DNA from: Zygophlyctis sp. KS116
Lineage: Eukaryota; Fungi; Chytridiomycota
Assembly (NCBI GenBank): GCA_054661495.1
Contig: BAAFSQ010000005.1
Location: forward strand, 1 to 32,000
Direction of reading: 5' to 3'
Length of the DNA: 32,000 nucleotides
Below are positions 22,712-32,000 of this stretch, one piece after another. Each line of letters starts with the position of its first letter. Positions within the stretch are counted from its first letter, which is position 1. A program made the translations under genes and the position numbers. The notes below the pieces were generated by a model. That model worked only from the letters and a program-made list of their open reading frames with translations. It ran no database searches and was not told where the DNA came from.

Positions 22712-23934
22712 ATGAATGGAAATCCAATAACGACTGCTGATGCATCCAGGTATGTAAATATAGACTTATGCTAGCCCTGAGAATCCAAGAGCATTTTTTG
22801 ACATTGCGATCGGAGGCGATCACATTGGGCGAATTGTTTTTGAGTTATTCTCATCAGTAACTCCAAAAACTGCTGAAAACTTTCTGTCTTTATGCAAGGG
22901 ATCTGTGACTAATGAGAAATTTGGAACATTGGCTTATAAGGGATCATTTTTCCATAGAATCATCAAGGGATTCATGTGTCAAGGTGGTGATTTCACTGCT
23001 CATAATGGAACTGGAGGAATATCAATTTATGGTGAAAAGTTTGAAGATGAAAACTTTGACTTGAATCATGATCGTCCTGGTCTTTTATCAATGGCCAATG
23101 CAGGTCCAGGAACAAATGGATCACAATTCTTTATTACAACTGCTGCTACTCCTCATTTGAATGGGAAGCATGTTGTATTTGGAAGAGTAATCAAAGGTAT
23201 GGGAATAGTTCGAACCATGGAAAATACACCAAAAGGTGAACAAGACAAACCATTAAAGGATGTTATTATTAGTGATTGTGGTGTTTTAAATGCAGATGAA
23301 CCTGATGGAGTTCCTATACCTGTAGATGGAGACATTTATGAAGATTATCCTGAAGATTTACCAAATCAAGAAGAGCCAGATTCTCTTTTAAAAATAGCAA
23401 TTGCTATAAAGTCTATGGGAAATGATCTCTTTAAGACTGGAAAATTTAAATCTTCCAATTCAAAGTACAAGAAATGTCTTCGATATCTTGATGCAATCCA
23501 TCCATCTCCTGCTGACTTGACTGAATTGACAATTGATCAAAAAAAGTTGATTTATTCTACTAAATTGTCTTGTTTATTAAATTCAGCCATGGTATTTTCT
23601 TATAAATTAAATCTAGGCATGTATTAAACTGGAAGACTTTATGCCAAGTGTTGAATCTACTGATCGTGTTCTTCACTTACACCTAGAATTAAGTAACCGA
23701 TCTGATGAGTTATCTAACCTTGTAACTCCTGGAGACTTGACAAAAGCCCATTTTAGAAAATCCATGGGACTTTATGGTTTAAGAGACTTTAATGCCTCTT
23801 TAGACTCTGCACTTGAAGCCTCTAAATTATCTCCTTCTGATCCTTTAATCTCTCGACACTTGAAAGTAGTCCAAAAGGAAATCTCTAATCGATCTGTAAA
23901 AGAGAAGAAGATGTATGCCAAGATGTTTGCCTGA
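22712..23934 (+). CDS. CPR6: Cyclophilin 40 (PPIase D + TPR)
   Basis: Start 22712 with intron 22750-22774 gives [28 protein letters not shown]. Contains [15 protein letters not shown] and TPR repeats, intron 23592-23616, and ends MYAKMFA. Confidence 0.93.
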
Positions 23935-24021
23935 TCTTAATCTTTTAGATTTTAGATTTTTTAGCTTTAGATTTTTAGCTTGAGATTTCCAACATAGAGC
24001 GTCATCTTGCAACCTAGTCTC

Positions 24022-24501
24022 ATGTCAAACAAGACTGATCTTGCAACTTACCAATTCCAACTCGGACAAGTTCAAGAGGCTCTTGACAAGGATCCTGAAA
24101 ACTCTGATCTTCTTAAACTCAAATCTGATCTCTTGGAATTAGTAAACTTGTATACTGGACTTGTATCTCAAGAAATAGCAAAAACTCTACAAACTGTGAA
24201 AACTGTGAAAACTGTGAAAACTGCTGAAAAGGCAGGAAAGCCAGAGTCCACTCTACCAGCAGATCCCACTCTACCAGCAGATCCCACTGATAAAACTCAT
24301 CCCACTGATAAAACAGATAAAACAGATAAAAAAAAGTCTGAACAGTCAGACTTGGTTGTTGGACAAGTCAAAGAGAATAAAGTCAAGAAGAAATATGCTC
24401 CAAAAAAGGAGAGAAAACCGTCTAAAAGAGATTTAGAATTAAATCAAAAACAAGCAGACTGGAAGAGTTTTAATAGTAAGAAACAAAAGAAATCTCTCTA
24501 A
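24022..24501 (+). CDS. SPF30/SMNDC1-like splicing factor lacking a recognisable Tudor domain
   Basis: N-terminal LATYQFQLGQVQEALDKDPENSDLLKLKSDLLELV and C-terminal KQADWKSFNSK match the SPF30 termini. The middle is short tandem repeats. Confidence 0.7.
   Translation: MSNKTDLATYQFQLGQVQEALDKDPENSDLLKLKSDLLELVNLYTGLVSQEIAKTLQTVKTVKTVKTAEKAGKPESTLPADPTLPADPTDKTHPTDKTDKTDKKKSEQSDLVVGQVKENKVKKKYAPKKERKPSKRDLELNQKQADWKSFNSKKQKKSL
24191..24329 (+). repeat. In-frame tandem repeats within the SPF30-like CDS
   Basis: AAACTGTGA x3, CCACTCTACCAGCAGAT x2 (18-bp period) and GATAAAACA-type units, encoding TVK, TLPADP and TDK repeats. Confidence 0.85.
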
Positions 24502-24541
24502 TCTAATATAATATAGATTTTTAATTTTTAGAAAAAGGAAA

Positions 24542-27500
24542 ATGATTGAATCTATTTTAATTCCTATTCTGACTCTTCCAGTTCCTCCTCTTCCATCAGA
24601 AACTTTTAAAACTCTTTCTAAATGTATTCAAAAGGCCTCTGTGTCTAATACTTTTAATGACTCAAAATTATCTCATACTGGACTAGTCTGGTTGGATATG
24701 GATCCAGGACTTTTACATTCAGACATTAACATACATTCTAATATTCTAGGAGTAATAGGAATACTATATTGTTCTAGTATGGATGATTTAGAGGCTGGAA
24801 GAGAGAGATTTTATTCAAGTTTGATTAACTATCCAAAATGTTTGGCGTCAATTATTCTAGTCTATGATATACATGATTGTATTAAAAATATAGAGGAAAA
24901 AAATGAATCTCAAACTGAAATATTAGTGATTCCAAGTAATTACGAGTTTTTATACGTGAATCAATTAACAAGACTGGTTTCAAGGATTATAGAAAATTTA
25001 GGGAAAATGGTGATTTAAATTTAATTGATTCTTTTAGATGTTGGATTTGGAGAAATCAAGTGTTATATCTTCTCCAAATAATTATTATAGTATAGGACAA
25101 AAGTTGCCGATTCATTCTCCTAGTAGTCTTTCTTTGCCTGCAGTCGCTCATTTACAGACTTTTAATGATGTTTCTTCTCTGGCTATGGCTAGTGGAGTCT
25201 CAGTGCCGCCAGGTTCAGGTTTAAGTCCAGCTTTAGGCTCAGGCCCGGGATACAGTTCAGGTTTGGGTCAGTTTTTTAACACTGACAAGAAATCTGCCAA
25301 GAGGACTGCAGGAAGATTGATCAAATTACATTCTGATATTTATGCATTGGCTGGAAGACTGGATTTAGCTATTTCAAAGTATCTCTTTTTGGAATTCTAA
25401 AAAAATAGTTATAATGCGTGTATTGAAATCATGAAGGGAAATTCGGATTATCTATGGCAGGCTTCGGCAATGGAAGGGTTGATTGGCTGTCAATTGGGAG
25501 AATTGATGCAAAAGTCTCAAAGTAATATTCAGGAAATAAATACGGAAAAAGTAATACAACAAGCAGGTCAAAATAAAGATTTAAAAACTTTTATACAGGA
25601 ATTACCGGAAAAATTTAGAGATATTATGTATCTTTATGGTAAATCAGATTCATCTTCTATTTATGGCATAAAGGCATCCCTTAAAACTGCAAAGTTTTTG
25701 GCAGAAATTATTTCTTCCAATGTGAATTTTGATAATCCTGGTATATTGTCTGGAGGAGATTATCACATAGCAGAAAGAAATCTTGCGGCTGAACTAGCCT
25801 CAGGTTTAACACGAACATCCGAGAAAAATTATTCCTCTTTATCTTCCCAAGATGTCTCTTCTTGGATTATGAAAATATGGAATGATTTGACAGGAGTTCC
25901 TTCTGTTAATCAGATATGTACGCTTGGTGAAGTGACAAGCATATTAGGACGTATTGGATATCAAAGAAAGCAGGCTTTTTTCCTCTATCAGCTAGTAAAA
26001 GAGATTTCTTCCTTATCCATACCAGACAGTGGAAAATCTATTTTGGAATGTATGGAGTCAGTATGTAAAATTCTTGGAGTTGATAATGCTCAATTACAAG
26101 TTGGCGAATGGCTTGATGAGTTTCAAAATGAAGATGATTTAAGTTCAACAGCTGGAACTTCTATAAAAGATGTAAGAATTTCCAGAATTTCATATGGATG
26201 GCCAAGACTTCAGATTTTGGCATTGCAAGAATGTATCGAGATATCCGAGCGGGATGGCGATCATAGAAATGGTATACTTTACTTAATACGTTTGCTAAGA
26301 CAGTTGCACAAATATCTTTCAAAACAAGAGCAAAGCAAATTATGCGAGAAACTGCAAGCTATTATACTGAAAAGTGAAGAGTCTGCGTCTGATAATCACG
26401 GTCTTGTTCCCCTAAATGGATCTAAAGAGGGTATAAAACAGCAGAAGCTAGAAACAGGAGTGCCTATCTTGAGACAAATATTGCCAATTTTGCAAGCAGC
26501 CAGGAAAATTCCTATCAAACATCCCCAGACAGCGTGGAACTTGGAATTGGCTGGGAATTCTAAAGCAAAGAAGGTTTTTATTTATAACCCCTATGAAAAG
26601 GTCTCAGCTATGCAAAAAGAGGCTCTGCTTATAATGGGAGAAATTGCTTATTTTGATGTAACTCTAGCCAATCCCTTCTCGTTTGAATTAGATGTTCAGA
26701 GTATCAGATTAAAAACATCTGGAATTTCATTCAAATCATTTCCGACAGATACAATTATCCCCCCGGCTACTAGAGCCCATATTGTTCGCTTATCTGGAAT
26801 GGCTCTTGAGGTGGGAACACTGAATATACATGGCTGCCATATTCGAATGCTTGGAGGATGTATAGAAGAGGATATAATTCATGTTTCTGAGCTCTTGCGA
26901 CCATTAAGATCAAAGGATGGGAAATATCGAAAGCAGACACCCAAGGAAAATATGTATGGTAGGCGCCAATTAGACTTTCTCGGTAAAAGCTCCAATGACA
27001 TTTCTGCTATTCCTGATAAGTTTAATGACGGGTATTCGATTAATATTTAATATTTAGGCATTCATTCAATTCTATTGCTAAACAGCCATTTCTGCAAGTT
27101 GTCAAAAGTAGCTCGGCAGAATCTCAGGTTTCTCTATTTTTAATCGAAGGAGAAAGGTGAGATAAAATTGGCTTATAAAGCTAGGATGGCTCATAGTATT
27201 CAGGTGGAGAATACTAGTGAAGTAGGAATCGATTTCTTGACAATTGCTTTTGCTGAAGATATTTTAAACGATGAAGACTCGAAACCACAATCAATCGAGG
27301 AAGTTTATGAAAAAGATGTATTCAGCTATTCTTTACGGTCCTTTTGGCTTGAAAAGGTCTTTTCGGATGAAAAAGTTTGGCTCGAACCGAATTACAATTT
27401 TTTTGCAGACTCATCTCCTATAGCGCCAGCGAAAATTGAACGTGTTATGCTTTCTCTGAAGCCTAAAGAAAAGGTGACAGTTCAAATTGGAATTTTTGGT

Positions 27501-28720
27501 AAGAAAGACTGCACCACTGGATCTTTAATCCTGGAGTATGGATGTAGAAGCCCTGGTGCAGAACAAGATCCCTTTTTCTATACCCGTCAGCTTCGGATTT
27601 CATTTGACCTGACTGTTCAAGGTTTGTTGCAAGCCAAAAACATAGATTTTGTTAATTATCAGCATGACCTTGCTACAGACAGATCCAAACCCAGTCGTGG
27701 ATTTTCAGATGAAGAATTATTATTTGATCCTATCATGGGCGACGAAGGAAATGATCCCGGAGCTGACCTGAAAAGCGAGGAATGTTTCCTTACATTTGAT
27801 ATTCAAAACACAGGATCTTTGTCATTTGAGATCCTGTGGGAAATATTTCAAGGTATATATTAGCTTTTGATTTTTAGATGATACTTCTTCGAGAAAAGAT
27901 TCCTTTAAAAGCTCTCTTCAGTCGAAAATGAATAAGCGGTAAATTAGACTTTATATTAAGCATTTAGATATATTCTTCCCGTAAAGCCTTTCTTGCTACC
28001 GTCGTCCACTTATGATAGACCGATCCCCTCGCCTGATTGGCGGCAGTTTGTTGTTGGAAAGCTCAAGAAATTATCACCTCAAGAAGAAGCATATCGCAGA
28101 ATGGTTTTTTGGTACAAGGAGGCACTCGTAGGCGGTATTGAAACTCCGGGAAAGATTTTGGGTCGCTGGTTCACGGTAATATTTCCATCCTAACAATTTA
28201 GTCTAAAGGAAGAAAGGGTATCATTTCTCTTAGAAGTATTCGACTTTCTCAGTCGATGCTCAATGTTTTGAAAAGACCAGAAATTTACATTTCCGCATTT
28301 ATAAGCTCAGATTGTCATGCTCAGCGGGAGTCTCTGGTCATTTATCCATGCACTCTTTATGAAACCATGTACTTAAATATAAATATCGTGAACAATAAAG
28401 GTATATTTTGTGGCGATAAGACTATAGATACAGCTGTGAAACTAACTCTCAGTATTTTTGCCGTCCAAACAAACGGTACAGACTACTCACAGGTGGATTC
28501 TGATTCTATCCTACTTCATGGATCATATCAAATAGCGTTACCTCTCATTGAACCTCATGATACTTATTCACATAGAAACTCTTTTATTTGCCTTTCACAA
28601 GGTCGTTTTGGATTAATGTACGAGGTGAAGGAGGCGTTTCATAGCCCTGCTGAACAAAAATCTTTTGATTATTTCAATCAATCGTTGAAAAAGATCATAT
28701 ATATCATTGCTGAATGGTAA
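24542..28720 (+). CDS. TRS120: TRAPP II subunit Trs120/TRAPPC9, multi-exon
   Basis: KRTAGRLIKLHSDIYALAGR, SDYLWQASAMEG, GYQRKQAFFL, YGWPRLQ, FIYNPY and VTLANPFSFELDVQSIRL. Introns include 25010-25037 and 25379-25408. Confidence 0.9.
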
Positions 28721-29337
28721 TTTTCTAGTATTGATCATGACAGAAGCAAGACTGGAAATTCTTATTGCCTTTAATTCCATTACCACAACACCAATACACA
28801 TCATCTACAGATATCGCCAGCATCAGCACTTTGTTTGAAGCTAGTTATTCAACTACTCTAAAGCCTTCACAGATTCAAGTTCTTACCTCTTTCTTGCAGC
28901 AAGATCCATTAGCGGTCCATTCACTGGGACTTTCTCCAAGCCTTTGGCTTTGTATTTTAGACAGAAATCCTTCATTGGCTTATGAGCTACTCAAATTGAA
29001 GCGGTTATCATTGGAATTCTACGATTACTTTTCCAAATTAAATTCTTTGGCTGTATCTCTCACTTGGATAGAATGTATATATTTGTTGGCTCCCTCTCTT
29101 GATAAGCAGGACCTTTATCAAGCTGTATCTAAAAAATTGTCTGACTCATCAAATGAAACAGACCATCATAAGATAGTACTCATGGTCAAATTGATTCAGT
29201 CCCTAACAACGTTATTTCCTCAATTCTCTCATGATTTGAAACCAGAACTGGAGAGTTTTTGCATCAATTTTGCTAAAATCAAGCAAGTATCTAGTTTATA
29301 TAAAGAACTTAATCAGACAGGCTCTTTGTCTATTTAA
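28714..29337 (+). CDS. CNOT11: CCR4-NOT subunit 11-like (DUF2363 C-terminal domain only)
   Basis: DPLAVHSLGLSP..LDRNPSLAYELL..DYFSKL and ELESFCINFAKIKQVSSLYK align by eye to the CNOT11 C-terminus. The plausible start ATG is 28714, followed by intron 28717-28743 (MKQDWKFLLPL...). Confidence 0.7.
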
Positions 29338-31238
29338 ATTCTAAAGAATCGATCCGCACTGGATTTACTGGGCGGAAATGCTTGTTGACCTCTGCTGCTT
29401 CTATCCGATGAACTACATCAAACCCGCCAGTGCATCTACCAAAGATGGTATGTTTGTTATCAAGCCATGGCTAGAATTAAATTTGTGAAAAAATACCGTT
29501 GGTACGCAAGTAATAAAAAATTGTGACGCATTCGTATTCGCTCCCATATTTGCCATCGAAAGAGTATAAGGACGATCATGCCTAAGTGCAGGATGGAATT
29601 CGTCCTCAAAGTCAAAGCCCCATAATGATTCGCCGCCTGAGCCATCACCATTTGGGTCACCAGATTGGATCACTAATAATCATAAAAATAATCATACTAA
29701 ATCCCTTCATTATTCTATGCCAAGAACATCTATCAAAGTATCCCTTCTTTGCCAATCCTATAAAATTCTCGACGGCTTTTGGAGCATATTCTGGAAAAAG
29801 ACTGATATGAATATCACCAAAAGTAGTATGTAAAGTAACATTATTTCCAGGAGCTTCTGCGGCAGTGGCTGCTATCGCAGATGACTCTTCTCGGGTCGGT
29901 TTTTCATTAAATATGTCACGGTGAGAAGATTCATCAGAGTCTTCAGGACTTCTTCGAGAAAAGCAGTAAAATCGGTTCTTTTTGTATGCGGTACAGTAGA
30001 GTGTTGGATCAGTTGCTTCAGAGTCTTTATAAACAGAATTATCTGATGTAGCCATTTCCAAAGTAACAACAGCCTTCTTCTTTGGTGCACCTTGATACAA
30101 ACTAATATTTAAAAATCTGAGCGATTCAGACTCTCCAATAAATCTATGTAGTTTATCCTCAAAGATATTCATTATCTTAATACCCAAAAATGTTGGATAA
30201 ATTAAAAACTGACCAGATTCATCAAATACTAAAAATTATCATATTTTTATCGTACCTAAATTTGATGTAAAAGATTGACCTCCTTTTGCCTTTGATATTT
30301 CCCTTTCTAAAGCCAATCTTCTTCCAAATTCCATATTTTCCAATTGTACAACACTAGTCCCATTATGTTGCAATTCTGTAGCAATATTTGGAGACTCTTC
30401 AAACGTTTTCCATATTTTAGCTGTTTTATAATTGAATATCCTAACAATATAATCATCAAATCCAAAAGTCGCATATAATTGAAAATTGGGAGAAAATACC
30501 AAGGAAATTGGCACTGTTTTTTTCTAAAAACTTTAACATAATAATAATAAACCTTTTTAAACTCATACAAATCAGTATCAGACTTGTATTCCCAACCTAA
30601 AATACCCCGTTCCACTTGTAATCCTTGTTCAGAGTCTGATCTAGGAACCCAGTATTCAACCATACCTCCTGTATCCATACTTACAATCACATTATCAATC
30701 GGATTGTAAGATATCAAATGTACAGGAACAGAATGAACAGAATTTACAGTAAATAATATCTGATCAGATCCTCTTCCATCATAAAATTGAATTTTACTAC
30801 TATCCTTATCTGAGACACAGATCAAGCTCATTGGCGAATCCTTTTGAAAGGTCCAGCATAATGCCAATGGCAGAAATTCAGTTTTGATCATATTAATCAT
30901 ATCAAAACTGAGAATATCAAAAATCTTTAGTCCTTTATCGCCTCCGGCAGTAGCAAAATATCGACCGTCAAAAGAAACAGCGATGGCAACAATTACCCCC
31001 AAATGTGCTTTATAATGCTTCACAAAATCAATTCCGGTCGATGTTTTCTTCCAAAACTTTACATGGCCGTCGATAGAAGTTGTGATCAGAAAATCAGTTC
31101 TACATGATTAATCATTAGTCATTACATGGTTGCAAATACAAAATTAACAATATCCTTGTGCATTAGCGATCTCTCATAATGAGGCTGATCTGGCAAGAGT
31201 TGTTGCGTCATTGAGGTCAGGTCAAGAGTTTTATTCAT
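29330..31238 (-). CDS. PPWD1: WD40-repeat cyclophilin (PPWD1/Cyp15)
   Basis: [67 protein letters not shown] and [12 protein letters not shown]. The stop is at 29332-29330. Confidence 0.93.
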
Positions 31239-32000
31239 TAAATACAAGTCTGAAGATATTCTAAAAAATCTGAAATGTCATTTCTCTTGACTTGAACAAC
31301 ACATGAATCAAAGGAATCATGTCGAAGGGACGCTTTAGAAGATTCAGCCGCGTCTTGAAATCTAATTCCAAATTCACTAGAATTATCTTTTATAAATTTA
31401 CTTTTTCCTGAGAGTTCCCTTGCGATGTTTACCAGATATTCCAAGGACAAGGAATGAGTCCGATTCTTCATTTAAGGCGGCCAATACAAGTGGTAAATAT
31501 TTTTGTCGGTGTTCCTAAATTTAATCGGGTTAAAGGTACCATGAATGCATCCATAAGGAAATGACCAAGTCTATTTAGATACGTTGTTGAGGTGCTAAAG
31601 GCAGAAAGTAAAGAGTCTATTCCTCTTGTTGGATGGAAACTTATTCCTTCGTTTTTAATAACTGAGAGTTGAAAGTTTTTTAAACTTGTGACAAGTTTCT
31701 TATCAATCAAAGAGACTCCCATGTCGACTAGTGCTTTTTGAAAGTGTATCGCCAAGTGTATTCCCTGGTATAAAACATCAATACTGACATTAATGTAGAG
31801 ATTTCTTACTTGTCTAGAGCATCATAAGCTACATAAAAATTGACTTTCCATTCTTCTTTTAATAGGTTATCTTCTAAAGATTTTGAAATAGAGTCTACCA
31901 ATCGACCATCAACAGCTGAGAATCCTGTTCTGATTCCCGCTCCAACTCCCGCTAAACTCTTTCCATTTGATAAATCAGTCCCTGGAACGACATCAACCTT
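31238..32000 (-). CDS. CDC45: Replication initiation factor Cdc45, 3' part (5' end beyond the window)
   Basis: After removing tiny introns: NFYVAYDALD, GIHLAIHFQKAL, LPLVLAALNEESDSFLVLG and RKNEFGIRFQDAAE....RHDSFDSCVVQVKRNDISDFLEYL. Confidence 0.9.

Noticed and set aside
16753-29337. Functional clustering (NOT4 with CNOT11, two cyclophilins, splicing factors)
   Set aside because: The genes are separated by unrelated ones, which is expected by chance in a gene-dense housekeeping region.
962-29810. Short antisense or alternate-frame ORFs (e.g. 962-1168, 2154-2339, 2993-3199, 3627-3809, 9312-9596, 11176-11418, 12581-12910, 14766-15032, 19928-20128, 22614-22823, 23153-23335, 28613-28804, 29586-29810)
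   Set aside because: They are shadows of confidently identified genes and have no recognisable motifs.
300-32000. Fragmented ORFs as pseudogenes, frameshifts or an alternative genetic code
   Set aside because: The breaks I traced resolve with 24-35 nt GT-AG introns under the standard code.

Overview
This is eukaryotic nuclear DNA, AT-rich and most likely from a zoosporic (chytrid-type) fungus. That assignment is an inference from fungal-type FAR11, SLO1, Clr2 and TRS120 genes plus a flagellar NME8-like gene. The window is extremely compact. It holds about 22 protein genes, broken by many tiny GT-AG introns (24-35 nt in those I traced), which is why the ORF track is fragmented. Gene order: 11-bp satellite, ATP5(+), POT1(-), PRE5(+), INTS8-like(-), malate synthase(-), M28/GCPII peptidase(+), SPT small subunit(-, missing from the ORF track), degenerate uridine kinase(+), SCOC/SLO1(-), Trx-3xNDK NME8-like(-), BAR-SH3(-), Clr2-like(-), NOT4(+), FAR11(-), SAM+CxxCxGxG protein(-), orphan membrane protein(+), CPR6(+), Tudor-less SPF30-like(+), TRS120(+), CNOT11-like(+), PPWD1(-), CDC45(-, partial). 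The most striking pattern is three same-strand gene pairs joined by bacterial/viral-style stop-start overlaps: TGATG at MLS>INTS8-like, TAATG at CDC45>PPWD1, and an ATGA created by splicing at TRS120>CNOT11. Convergent genes also abut or overlap at their stop codons. Together these suggest polycistronic or overlapping transcription, possibly with termination-reinitiation. All gene models and homology calls were made by eye, without database searches.
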